DNA of 63,804 nt. Origin: Thermodesulfobacteriota bacterium. GTDB taxonomy: Bacteria; Desulfobacterota; Desulfomonilia; UBA1062. Within the stretch, counting starts at the first letter, position 1; every line of letters begins with the position of its first letter. The position numbers and the translations under genes were made by a program. The stretch lies in NCBI GenBank assembly GCA_034716155.1, contig JAYEFR010000095.1:1-63804 (forward strand), read 5' to 3'. Below the pieces are notes generated by a model, which saw nothing but the letters and a program-made list of their open reading frames with translations, did no database searches and had not been told where the DNA came from. This document shows positions 19,534-28,568 of this stretch, one piece after another.

Positions 19534-20427
19534 CTAACTTGATACCATTTCTTCTATAATCTCTTTGACAGGTTTGATTTCTTTAATAAGAGCGCCCACC
19601 TGACCAGAGCCTGCCGGGAAGAGATCAAAATCTCCGCTGTTCCAGGCCTGAGGGGCGTTCATCATATTATATTCTTGAGTAAGGTCTGCATCCGGATTAT
19701 CCATCTTCTCCTTGAGTTTGGGGTTTATGATAACCCGCATACGCATATTTCCTAGAGGAAGCAGCGTGGTACTGCCATCATTGCAGTTAATGATGGCTTC
19801 CTTCCATTCCTTAGGGGCAGGGCTTTCATCAGAGGCTAAGAAACGTGTGCCGATCTGTACCCCCTGAGCGCCTAAAGCCAGGGCAGCACGGTATCCCCTG
19901 GAGTCGGCGATACCTCCAGCGGCAATCACCGGGATATCTACATGATCCACCACCAAAGGGACGAGGATCATGGTCGTGCATTCAAGATTATTAGAACGAA
20001 GACCTCCCGCCTCCAATCCTGAAACACCCAGTCCATCCACACCGGCATCTGCAGCCTTTATGGAATAGGGGAGGGAAAGAACATTATGAATCCCCTTCAT
20101 CCCCAGGGCATGGATGTGCGGATAGATACGCTTTGGAGACCCTGCTGAAGTAGTGACGATTTTTACCCCTGCGTCTGCGAGTATATCGAGGATGTCTTGA
20201 TTTGCAGGATTCATAATCATGAGGTTTGCCCCGAAGGGCTTATTAGTCAACTCTTTGACATTGTCTACCAGACTCTTTGCCTCTTCTGGGTTGCTGAAAC
20301 CCATAGCCAGCATTCCAAACGCCCCAGCCTCGCAAATAGCTGCCACCAGTCTTGGATTGTTCATGGCACCAATAGGCCCCTGAATAATGGGGTAACGACA
20401 TCCTAGCATATCCAGTAATTTAGACAT
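19534..20427 (-). CDS. nitronate monooxygenase / FabK-like enoyl-ACP reductase II family flavoprotein
   Basis: 297 aa with YPIIQGPIG, AAGGIADSRG and GAQGVQIGTRF motifs (NMO/FabK TIM barrel). Confidence 0.7.
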   Translation of the reverse strand: MSKLLDMLGCRYPIIQGPIGAMNNPRLVAAICEAGAFGMLAMGFSNPEEAKSLVDNVKELTNKPFGANLMIMNPANQDILDILADAGVKIVTTSAGSPKRIYPHIHALGMKGIHNVLSLPYSIKAADAGVDGLGVSGLEAGGLRSNNLECTTMILVPLVVDHVDIPVIAAGGIADSRGYRAALALGAQGVQIGTRFLASDESPAPKEWKEAIINCNDGSTTLLPLGNMRMRVIINPKLKEKMDNPDADLTQEYNMMNAPQAWNSGDFDLFPAGSGQVGALIKEIKPVKEIIEEMVSS

Positions 20428-20544
20428 ATAAAAACCCTCCCAGTTGAAATAATTTAAATTTATATTTCTTACTTGTCAGATCTAAGCATAAAAGGAACAT
20501 CTAGGATAGTCAAGTATACAAATTTTGCTATAGAATCTTACATC

Positions 20545-20840
20545 CACTTGAGATCATATAAGCCCGCATGAGCGCGTGGCAGGTACAACCAAGCATGAAA
20601 ATGGCAATCAGATTCAGAAAAGCAAGACTTCTTTACCACAGAGATCACAGAGGACAAAAGGGTTTGTTTTTTTATCCAATCGGGAAAAGATTGGTTCTTA
20701 AAGAGGGTTCATGATTTTTGTTTACCGGTGTTTACCGGCAAGCAGAAAAATATTTTTTCTGCGAGCTCTGTGGCCTCTGTGGTAGACCATAAATCCAGAC
20801 AAATGCCCATAACCATTTTCATATAAGCGCGCACAACGAA
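20545..20840 (+). repeat. ~300-nt composite repeat, copy B (inverted relative to 15141-15443)
   Basis: See copy A. It differs by a 9-nt CCTCTGTGG duplication, a 1-nt T-run indel and a more diverged middle third. Confidence 0.8.
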
Positions 20841-20922
20841 AGATGAAAATATATGCTATTTTCTCCCTGAATCTGTAAAATCGTGAGGCAATCGTGAAGC
20901 TAAAACTGTTACCTATGTCTTG

Positions 20923-20999
20923 ACCTGTTCACCTGTTCACTCTCACTCTTTAACTCTTAACTCTTTACTCTTTACTATTCACTGATTACTTTCATATAG
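20923..20999 (+). repeat. cryptic degenerate 7-8-mer tandem array ending in the TTTCATATA motif
   Basis: The sequence is CCTGTTCA CCTGTTCA CTCTCA CTCTTTA ACTCTTA ACTCTTT ACTCTTT ACTATTC ACTGATT ACTTTCATATAG, directly upstream of rlmB. Confidence 0.6.
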
Positions 21000-21018
21000 A
21001 TATATTCAGGAGGTATGA

Positions 21019-21723
21019 ATGGAGATTATATATGGTCTGAATCCGATAAAAGAGGCACTTAATGCAAATAGCCGTGAATTTTTTGATGTTGTTGCGTGCA
21101 AACCCCGCTATAGGGATATAGCAGGAGTTGCTGGAGGGATACCGGTACATGAAGTTACAAAAAGAGAACTTGATAAGATAACCGGTACAAAGGGCCATCA
21201 GGGGGTTGCGGCAAGGGTCTCTGGTTATAGATATACAACCCTGGAGGATGTAGCTACGCTTAATGTTATTGTTCTTTTAGATTCTGTGGAGGATCCTCAA
21301 AACCTGGGGGCCATTATCAGGTCTGCGCATGCACTGGCCGGATCTGGTATTATTATTCCGGCTAAAAGGGCGGCATCTGTAACGCCCTCTGTTCTCAAGG
21401 CATCTGCTGGTGCTACAGAATATACCAAGATTGCACGTGTACCAAATCTTAGGATGGCAGCCAAGGTATTAAAGGGACAAGGTTTCTGGCTTGTAGGTCT
21501 GGAAGCTGAAAAAGGGGAACAAATAGGAAAGATTCCAACCTTTGAGAGATTGGGTGTTGTGCTTGGAGGAGAGGATGCAGGTATAAGGTCTGGAATGCGA
21601 AGTGAGATAGATGTGGTGGCCCATATCCCTATGAAAACCGCTTTCAACTCTCTTAATGTCGCTTCAAGTGCTGCTATTGCCATGTATGAGTTGGTCACAA
21701 GGAGGGCTTCAAACAAGGCTTAG
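21019..21723 (+). CDS. rlmB: 23S rRNA (Gm2251) 2'-O-methyltransferase, SpoU/TrmH family
   Basis: 234 aa with YGLNPIKEAL (SpoU substrate-binding domain), LDSVEDPQNLGAIIRSA, and the LGGE and SLNVA motifs. Confidence 0.8.
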   Translation: MEIIYGLNPIKEALNANSREFFDVVACKPRYRDIAGVAGGIPVHEVTKRELDKITGTKGHQGVAARVSGYRYTTLEDVATLNVIVLLDSVEDPQNLGAIIRSAHALAGSGIIIPAKRAASVTPSVLKASAGATEYTKIARVPNLRMAAKVLKGQGFWLVGLEAEKGEQIGKIPTFERLGVVLGGEDAGIRSGMRSEIDVVAHIPMKTAFNSLNVASSAAIAMYELVTRRASNKA

Positions 21724-21814
21724 GACGTATTAGTAGGCGATGTAAGCAAGAGAGAGTGCCCGCATACCGAGAATATTTTCACCCCTGGCTTTGCCTGCTG
21801 TGCATGTATGAAGG

Positions 21815-21920
21815 TTTATATGAAAATAGGGGTCAGGGATCGGGGGTCAGTTTTCAGGGATGGATATTTCTCTTCGCCCGAGCATGTTTTTATGCTTTCC
21901 GCCTGCCATGGGCGGAGCGG
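21815..21920 (+). repeat. mosaic intergenic repeat copy
   Basis: TTTATATGAAAATAGGGGTCAGGGATCGGGGGTCAGTTTTCAGG ... TTTCCGCCTGCCATGGGCGG is collinear with 26610-26865, apart from a large insertion in the latter. Confidence 0.7.
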
Positions 21921-21974
21921 ATGTGGTCGCTAGGACATGGTGGTCTATATAAAATTGGGTAAGGCCTGATTTTA

Positions 21975-23168
21975 CTATATGTGCCCTGCCATCTGGAATA
22001 TGGGTAAATACATGGATACCACAACCCCGCCTATAATACCGCCTAAGAATACTATAAGCAAAGGTTCGAGCATAGATGTAAGTCCGGTTACAGCAGTGTC
22101 TACTTCCTCGTCGTAGAAGTCGGCTATCTTTGTCAACATTTGGTCAAGTGCGCCAGTTGCCTCACCTACAGAGACCATTTGGACTACCATGTCAGGGAAA
22201 ATTCCAGCTTTCCCAAGGGGGTCAGCTATGGATTTGCCTTCGCTTATGGATTTACGGACAGCCAGAATGGCTTCTTCTACAATCTTATTGCCGGAAGTCC
22301 TGGATGTAATGTTTAGACCATCCATTATTGGTACACCGGAAGATGTCATAGTGCCAAGGGTCCTGGTAAACTTTGCTACAGCAACCTTTTTTAGTAATGA
22401 TCCGAATACGGGTAATTTTAATGCTATATTATCCAGGAAATATTTACCTTTTTCCTTGGATTTGATCCATTTAAAGGCAATAATTAACAATATAATAACC
22501 CCTATCAAGTGTAGTGTGTAATGACGGAAAAAATTACTTGCATCTACAATAAATTGTGTAGGAGCAGGCAGTGCTGCGCCAAATTGAGAAAACATATCCT
22601 GGAACGTAGGTATCACAAATATCATCAGTATGGCTATTACAGCAACGGCCACAAGCAGGACAACTGTCGGGTACATCATAGCACTTTTGACCTTTCTCTT
22701 TAGGGCATCAGCCTTTTCCATGTACTGTGCAAGTCGATTCAGAATTACATCAAGCACACCGCCTATCTCTCCGGCTGCGACCATGTTTACAAAGAGATCA
22801 TCGAAAACAGAAGGGTGTTTTTTTAATGCGTCTGCAAACGTAGTACCCCCTTCCACATCTTGCTTAATCTCTGTGAGGATCTTTTTGAATGTAGGGTTTG
22901 CCTGCTGGTTTCCAAGTATGGTCAGGCATTGTACAAGTGGAAGACCTGCATCGATCATAGTGGCGAATTGTCTTGTAAGTAATACAATCTCTGATGTTGT
23001 AACCTTTTTCTGGAATAAGACGATCTCTTTTGGCCTTGCCTTTATTTTTATAGGGGATATGCGCTGGCGTCTTAATATCAGATTAACAGCTGCTTTATTT
23101 TGCGCCGTAACCTCCCCTTTTTTTATATTACCGTCTATGGATCTTCCTTCCCATACGAATACCGCCAT
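21975..23168 (-). CDS. pilC: type IV pilus assembly platform protein PilC (GspF family)
   Basis: 397 aa with two GspF repeats and three TM segments. Its position after pilB-pilT supports the call. Confidence 0.9.
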   Translation of the reverse strand: MAVFVWEGRSIDGNIKKGEVTAQNKAAVNLILRRQRISPIKIKARPKEIVLFQKKVTTSEIVLLTRQFATMIDAGLPLVQCLTILGNQQANPTFKKILTEIKQDVEGGTTFADALKKHPSVFDDLFVNMVAAGEIGGVLDVILNRLAQYMEKADALKRKVKSAMMYPTVVLLVAVAVIAILMIFVIPTFQDMFSQFGAALPAPTQFIVDASNFFRHYTLHLIGVIILLIIAFKWIKSKEKGKYFLDNIALKLPVFGSLLKKVAVAKFTRTLGTMTSSGVPIMDGLNITSRTSGNKIVEEAILAVRKSISEGKSIADPLGKAGIFPDMVVQMVSVGEATGALDQMLTKIADFYDEEVDTAVTGLTSMLEPLLIVFLGGIIGGVVVSMYLPIFQMAGHI

Positions 23169-23171
23169 AAT

Positions 23172-24272
23172 CTATCTCCTCTCCCCGACATTGAGATTTT
23201 GCTGTCCATGTGACGAGGCTATTACTTGTTTGAGTTCTTCTGGGTCAGTAGACCACCCAAGTGCATCGTCTAGGGATATTAGTTTGCGTATAAACAGGCT
23301 ATAGAGTGATTGATTCATTGTCTGCATCCCGTATTTTTTCTGGCCTACCTGCATCTGAGAATATATCTGATGGATCTTATTTTCCCTTATTAGATTTCTT
23401 ATAGCAGGTGTAGATATCATCAGTTCTGCACCTAAGGTTCTCCCCTTACCATCCAACCTGGGGAGAAGTTGCTGAGCTACCACTGCCTCTAAGACAAAGG
23501 AAAGCTGCGCCCTTACCTGCGATTGTTGGTAAGCAGGGAAGGCATCTATTATCCGGTTGACAGTCTGGACTGCGGAATTGGTATGTAAGGTCGCAAGGAC
23601 AAGGTGCCCTGTTTCTGCTACGGTCAGGGCTGCTTGCATGGTTTCCAGATCCCGCATCTCGCCGATAAGTACCACATCCGGGTCCTGACGCAGTATATAT
23701 TTTAAGGCATTTGAGAACCCTTTTGTATCTGACCCTATTTCCCTCTGGTTTACAATACAACCCTTATGTTTGTGTACAAACTCAATGGGGTCTTCTATTG
23801 TTATTATGTGTCCATGACGTTCAGCGTTTATCTTGTCAAGCATTGCAGCAAGTGAAGTGGATTTGCCACATCCTGTGGGACCTGTGACAAGGACAAGTCC
23901 TCTAGGAAGTAGTGTTAGGTTATTTACACTACCAGGAAGGCCTAACTGTTCTATGGACATGATTTTATAGGGTATCATCCTGAATGCCCCGGCTGTTGCC
24001 CCCCTCTGTAGAAATATATTAGCTCGAAAGCGGGCAATCCCCTTTATACCAAACGAGAGATCCAGTTCGTGGTTTTCCTCAAAATGGTGCTTTTGTGCAT
24101 CTGTAAGGATGGAGTAGCATATTTTCTTTGTGTCTTGGGGAGAAAGTGGCTCCATGTCTAAAGGATATAATGATCCCCTTACCCTCATCTGGGGAGGGGC
24201 CCCGGTAGTAATATGAAGGTCAGATGCCTCTTTTTCTACCATCATTTTTAATAATTCATGGATACTTAACAT
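23172..24272 (-). CDS. pilT: twitching motility ATPase PilT
   Basis: I moved the start to ATG 24272 (MLSIHELLKMMVEKEASDLH), which has an AGGAG RBS 7 nt upstream; the track start is a TTG abutting the pilB stop. It has Walker A GPTGCGKST, the Asp box, Walker B VVLIGEMRD and the His box ATLHT. Confidence 0.9.
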   Translation of the reverse strand: MLSIHELLKMMVEKEASDLHITTGAPPQMRVRGSLYPLDMEPLSPQDTKKICYSILTDAQKHHFEENHELDLSFGIKGIARFRANIFLQRGATAGAFRMIPYKIMSIEQLGLPGSVNNLTLLPRGLVLVTGPTGCGKSTSLAAMLDKINAERHGHIITIEDPIEFVHKHKGCIVNQREIGSDTKGFSNALKYILRQDPDVVLIGEMRDLETMQAALTVAETGHLVLATLHTNSAVQTVNRIIDAFPAYQQSQVRAQLSFVLEAVVAQQLLPRLDGKGRTLGAELMISTPAIRNLIRENKIHQIYSQMQVGQKKYGMQTMNQSLYSLFIRKLISLDDALGWSTDPEELKQVIASSHGQQNLNVGERR

Positions 24273-24286
24273 TTGTATTCTCCTAA

Positions 24287-25996
24287 TCAATCAGCTATAG
24301 TGGTCCTTAATATTTCTGAAACACTAGTTGTACCTTCAGCTACCTTACTTAAGCCGCTTTGTCTCAAAGTCTCCATACCCTCTTCGATGGCCTCTTTTTT
24401 TAGTTCGGATTCGGAAGCGCCCATTAGAATTAGATCCTTCATCTTTTCTGTTATTGGCATGACCTCGTAGAGTGCTATTCTTCCTTTGAATCCTGTATTT
24501 CCGCACACAGGACATCCATTACCCTTGTAGCACACCATATCTTGGGCTTTTTGAGGGTCCACACCCATCTGTATCAAGGTTTCTTTTGATACATTGTCTT
24601 TCACTTTGCACTCAGCGCAAATTTTTCTCGCAAGCCTTTGTGCTACTACGAGATTTACCGAGGAGGCAACAAGAAATGGTTCTATACCCATATTGAGCAA
24701 TCTGTTTATAGTAGAAGGGGCATCATTGGTATGTAGTGTGGAGAGTACAAGATGACCTGTAAGCGCAGCTTTGATAGCGATTTCAGCTGTCTCAAAATCC
24801 CTTATCTCTCCAACCATGATGATGTCAGGATCCTGCCTTAGGAAAGATCTCAGTGCTGCAGCAAAGGTAAGGCCGATTTCTTCATGCATATGTACTTGAT
24901 TTATCCCTGTCAGGTCATATTCTACAGGGTCTTCTGCAGTGGAAATGTTTCTCTCTGTTGTGTTAAGTTCAGTAAGCGATGAATAAAGGGTGGTTGTTTT
25001 TCCGGATCCAGTAGGGCCAGTTACCAGAACCATGCCCCAGGGTTTATATATGGCCTCTTTAAATTTTTTCAGGGAATCTTCCTCGAATCCAAGTTTGGTC
25101 ATGTCAAGTTGGAGACTGGATTTATCAAGTATTCTTAAGACTATCTTTTCACCAAAGAGGGTGGGTAGTACTGATACACGGAATTCGACCTCTTTCCCGC
25201 CCTCTATTTTTAGTTTTATTCTTCCGTCCTGAGGTAGCCTACGTTCAGCTATATCCAGTTTGGACATGATTTTTATTCTGGAGATTACAGCATTTTTTAG
25301 ACGCAAGGGAGGTTTCATTACTTCATGGAGCACCCCATCCAGTCTGAATCTAATCCTGAAGAGTTTTTCATAGGGTTCAATATGTAGGTCACTTGCACCT
25401 TTTTTTATGGCGTCTACTAAGAAAAGATTGACTAATTTTATCACGGGGGCTTGGTCAGCCTCTTTCTCAAGATCCCCTACGGACACCTCGTCCCCTGCGG
25501 CAGCTATCTCGACATCCCCTTCCATATCCTCCATATCACTTAAGGCAGTATCTAAGGTAGCAGACTGATCATAGAAGTGGTCAATTGCCCATTTCAGGGA
25601 ATCTTCCGAGGTAGCATATACCTCTATAGAATAACCGGTTAAGAATTTTAAGTCGTCCACTGCGAATATATTGGCGGGATCAGTCATTGCGACATTGAGA
25701 GTGGCTCCTTCTCTTTTAAATGGAATTGCCATGTATTTTTTGACTATATTGAGTGGAATAAGCCTTATCACATCAGGATCCGGTTCGATCTTTTTAAGTA
25801 TTACAGGTGGGACTCCATATTGCCTGGCTAAAAATTCCACAAGCTGTTCTTCACTAAGGTAGCCTAACTTAACCAGCTGTGAGCCTAGCCTCGATCCTGA
25901 ACCCCTTTGTGTCTTTTGCGCCTCGATAAGTTGATCTTGAGTTATTAAGGCATTTTTGACTAGTTTTTCGCCTAACAGTTCCTTTGCCATCGCCAT
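24287..25996 (-). CDS. pilB: type IV pilus assembly ATPase PilB (GspE family)
   Basis: 569 aa with an N-terminal GSPII_E_N domain, Walker A GPTGSGKTT, a tetracysteine motif (CAEC...CPVCG) and IMVGEIRD. Confidence 0.9.
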   Translation of the reverse strand: MAMAKELLGEKLVKNALITQDQLIEAQKTQRGSGSRLGSQLVKLGYLSEEQLVEFLARQYGVPPVILKKIEPDPDVIRLIPLNIVKKYMAIPFKREGATLNVAMTDPANIFAVDDLKFLTGYSIEVYATSEDSLKWAIDHFYDQSATLDTALSDMEDMEGDVEIAAAGDEVSVGDLEKEADQAPVIKLVNLFLVDAIKKGASDLHIEPYEKLFRIRFRLDGVLHEVMKPPLRLKNAVISRIKIMSKLDIAERRLPQDGRIKLKIEGGKEVEFRVSVLPTLFGEKIVLRILDKSSLQLDMTKLGFEEDSLKKFKEAIYKPWGMVLVTGPTGSGKTTTLYSSLTELNTTERNISTAEDPVEYDLTGINQVHMHEEIGLTFAAALRSFLRQDPDIIMVGEIRDFETAEIAIKAALTGHLVLSTLHTNDAPSTINRLLNMGIEPFLVASSVNLVVAQRLARKICAECKVKDNVSKETLIQMGVDPQKAQDMVCYKGNGCPVCGNTGFKGRIALYEVMPITEKMKDLILMGASESELKKEAIEEGMETLRQSGLSKVAEGTTSVSEILRTTIAD

Positions 25997-26203
25997 CTCT
26001 CTGCAAACGTCTATCGGTAATAGAAGCTTCTGACTTTAATAAAGCCTATGATGATAATTATATATTATACAAACCTCAAATCTTCAGCCATCTTAGCCAT
26101 AGAATTAGGATAAATGCCAGCAGAATTCGGGAGGTCGGACTTATCCTACTTCTCTTTATGTTTTTGGTAAGGCCAATTTACCTCATTTAACTTTACTATA
26201 GAT

Positions 26204-26554
26204 TTAGGTGTCTTGATGTCCTTTTCTTTTGCGGATTTCATTTATGGAGACTACGCGACCTGAATCTGGGGTATCTAAGGATTGGTCTTTTCTTTTATCC
26301 TGTCTAGGATACTCTCTCTTTGTTGGGCTAGGAAGAGGAACAATCCGGATAGGAGTCCCCTTCATTGTGAAAGGGGTTCCATTGATATAATCATCCTTTA
26401 ATATCCAGGTCATTTCTTGTGGCGGAAATCCGAGAAATAGCAGCCTTATCTGGTACCATCTTGGTTTTATATCTGCCTCTATACCCTCTACCCTTACATA
26501 GACACTTGGCTTATTATCTATATGTATAGCTGCTATATCCCCTATCTTGAGCAT
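26204..26554 (-). CDS. hypothetical protein
   Basis: 116-aa ORF co-directional with pilB and about 200 nt upstream of it. It has a compact N-terminal domain plus a basic, low-complexity tail (KREYPRQDKRKDQ...RKRKGHQDT). No family recognised. Confidence 0.45.
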   Translation of the reverse strand: MLKIGDIAAIHIDNKPSVYVRVEGIEADIKPRWYQIRLLFLGFPPQEMTWILKDDYINGTPFTMKGTPIRIVPLPSPTKREYPRQDKRKDQSLDTPDSGRVVSINEIRKRKGHQDT

Positions 26555-26609
26555 ATAATATTTATATCATATCGAGGATATGATAGCAATATATTAGGTA
26601 CTGGGGCAA

Positions 26610-26865
26610 TTTATATGAAAACAAGGGTCAGGGACCGGGGGTCAGTTTGAGATGAGAGAAGACGGGGGAATGGAATATTGTTTCATTGGTTTTATTAGTT
26701 TGATTGGTTTATGTAAAGACAGGAACAAAGGCACAGAATTTTGTAGGGGCCTTTTGCCATCATCGGCCCGTTCAGGGGAAATATGCCCTACATTCCTGAG
26801 AGATATATGAACTAATTTTCCATTATCATAATTTCTATTTTCATCATTTCCGTCCGCCATGGGAG
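26610..26865 (+). repeat. mosaic intergenic repeat copy
   Basis: TTTATATGAAAACAAGGGTCAGGGACCGGGGGTCAGTTT is followed by GGCACAGAATTTTGTAGGGGCC (also present inverted at 33560-33580) and ends in TTTCCGTCCGCCATGGGAG. Confidence 0.7.
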
Positions 26866-26982
26866 TTTAACAGCATAATATTCTATTTGAGGTAACCCAC
26901 TTAAGAGAAGTCAAGGACTCAATGGGTTTATCTCAATAAATTCACTATGGGTTGGGAAAAATAGGCGGGAAATGAAAAAGTC

Positions 26983-27060
<78 letters not shown>

Positions 27061-27072
27061 GTACCAACTCAG

Positions 27073-27145
27073 TGAGCCAGGAGGGAATCGAACCCTCGGC
27101 CACCGGATTAAAAGTCCGATGCTCTACCATCTGAGCTACTGGCTC
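27073..27145 (-). tRNA. tRNA-Lys (anticodon UUU), no encoded CCA
   Basis: The reverse complement is GAGCCAGTAGCTCAGATGGTAGAGCATCGGACTTTTAATCCGGTGGCCGAGGGTTCGATTCCCTCCTGGCTCA. Acceptor GAGCCAG pairs with CTGGCTC, the anticodon loop is CTTTTAA and the T-loop is GGTTCGATTCC. Confidence 0.92.
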
Positions 27146-27304
27146 AAAGCGGTATTTCTATCTCATGCTTGGGCAGAAATATCAAGGCTAAATCTATGGT
27201 CTCTCACGCTTAGAGATATCAGTTAAAATATATAGCCGCCTTTGGCGGATAGAGGTGCTTTGCTTACATACTTAAATATGATACCAAGAGATGGGGGATA
27301 ATTT

Positions 27305-28339
27305 ATGGATATTAATTTAGGGAATCTTCTACCTATAGTATCTTTTGTAGGTATAGTAGCCATTTCATGGGTGATAGGGATATTATTTCAGAGGAGGGTA
27401 GTCTCCTCCCTGCGGGGTCTTGCAAAAAAGACTGTCTGGCGATGGGATGATATAGTTATAGAGGCCTTTCCTAAGGTAATAGTCCTGTGGTTTATTATAG
27501 CAGGTGTCTCTGTGGCAAATCATATAGGAGAGATCCCTTATTCTATAAAGGGCCCTGTAGATAAGATACTCATAATATTGGTCATATTTACTTTTACCTG
27601 GGTCATACTAAAAATATCCACGGATCTTATCCGGAGCTACATGGATAGGCTTCAGGAAAGACTACCCACGACCTCTTTATTAATAAACTTCATCAGGGTA
27701 TCAATCTTGGTTCTTGGTGGGCTGATGATTATGCAAGCCCTTGGTATAGCTATAACCCCTATACTTACAACCTTGGGTATAGGAGGGTTGGCTGTGGCAT
27801 TAGCCCTGCAGCCTACTTTGTCTAATCTCTTTTCTGGTATACAGATTTTGGCCTCTAGACAGTTAAAGCCAGGGGATTATGTAAGGTTGGAGACAGGTGA
27901 CGAAGGATATGTTAATGACATTACCTGGAGGAATACTACTATAAGGACATTTGGGAATAATACTGTAGTGATCCCAAATTCAAAGCTGGCAGACAATATC
28001 ATCACAAATTATTACCTCCCTAAAAAGGAGATAGCTGTAAGGGTTCAGGTGGGGGTTAGTTATGCAAGCGACCTGGACAAGGTAGAGGATATTACCCTTG
28101 ATGTCGCGAGACAGGTAATGAAGGATGTGGCAAGATTAACAGCATTTGATCCTCTTATACGCTACCATACATTTAACTCTTCCAGCATAGACTTTACCGT
28201 TATCATGAGGGCCGGCGAAGTGGTAGACCGGTATCTTGTAAAGCACGAATTTATAAAACGTCTACATAAGAGATACAAAGAGGAGGGGATAGAGATTCCT
28301 TTTCCTATTACTACTGTCTATATGCATGATAATGATTGA
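27305..28339 (+). CDS. mechanosensitive ion channel (MscS family)
   Basis: 344 aa with N-terminal TM helices, the pore-helix-like region LGIGGLAVALALQPTLSNLFSG, then a beta-domain (GDYV...GYV.DI..R.T). Confidence 0.85.
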   Translation: MDINLGNLLPIVSFVGIVAISWVIGILFQRRVVSSLRGLAKKTVWRWDDIVIEAFPKVIVLWFIIAGVSVANHIGEIPYSIKGPVDKILIILVIFTFTWVILKISTDLIRSYMDRLQERLPTTSLLINFIRVSILVLGGLMIMQALGIAITPILTTLGIGGLAVALALQPTLSNLFSGIQILASRQLKPGDYVRLETGDEGYVNDITWRNTTIRTFGNNTVVIPNSKLADNIITNYYLPKKEIAVRVQVGVSYASDLDKVEDITLDVARQVMKDVARLTAFDPLIRYHTFNSSSIDFTVIMRAGEVVDRYLVKHEFIKRLHKRYKEEGIEIPFPITTVYMHDND

Positions 28340-28492
28340 TGGCTTCGTAAAAAGTCCAACTTCTGCGCCAACCTGCATCTTTCGTCATTGTGGCGTACGG
28401 TAAGTACGCCTCATTCCTCAAGATTTGCGCGCCTTGAATTTGAAGCTTTTTACTTTGCCGTCTAATTTTGACTTTTTACGAGTGCATCAATG
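28334..28492. mobile_element. MITE-like element with terminal inverted repeats
   Basis: A perfect 12-bp inverted repeat (TCGTAAAAAGTC at 28345-28356, GACTTTTTACGA at 28470-28481) extends imperfectly outward (TTGATG-NNN on both sides). An internal 7-bp hairpin is GGCGTACggtaaGTACGCC. The left arm overlaps the mscS stop codon. No ORF is present. Confidence 0.5.
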
Positions 28493-28533
28493 ATTAGGTT
28501 TAAATTTTATCAAAGATAAAATCATAAAAGGCC

Positions 28534-28562
28534 TTGACATATGGAATCTATTACACTATAAA
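28534..28562 (+). promoter_or_regulatory. near-consensus sigma-70 promoter
   Basis: TTGACA (28534-28539), a 17-nt spacer, then TATAAA (28557-28562). Confidence 0.55.
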
Positions 28563-28568
28563 AAGTTT

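Noticed and set aside
21756-21962. 68-aa ORF in a spacer. Similar spacer ORFs occur at 33254-33556, 33481-33705, 41371-41580 and 26642-26860.
   Set aside because: All are made of repeat or low-complexity modules, with no RBS and no family resemblance.
24273-24290. Track start (TTG) of pilT abutting the pilB stop. Similar long N-terminal extensions appear at proC (32508), CoA-transferase B (42484), the YdiF-like gene (45044), the NtrC-like gene (52202) and the nusB-overlapping ORF (11609).
   Set aside because: In each case an internal ATG, preceded at 4-9 nt by a GGAG-type RBS, matches the family N-terminus. I shortened the extended starts accordingly.
26090-26125. Sigma-54-like TGGCAT upstream of pilB (minus strand TGGCATTTATCCTAAT).
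   Set aside because: The -12 position has no GC (CTAAT), so it is not a credible -24/-12 promoter.
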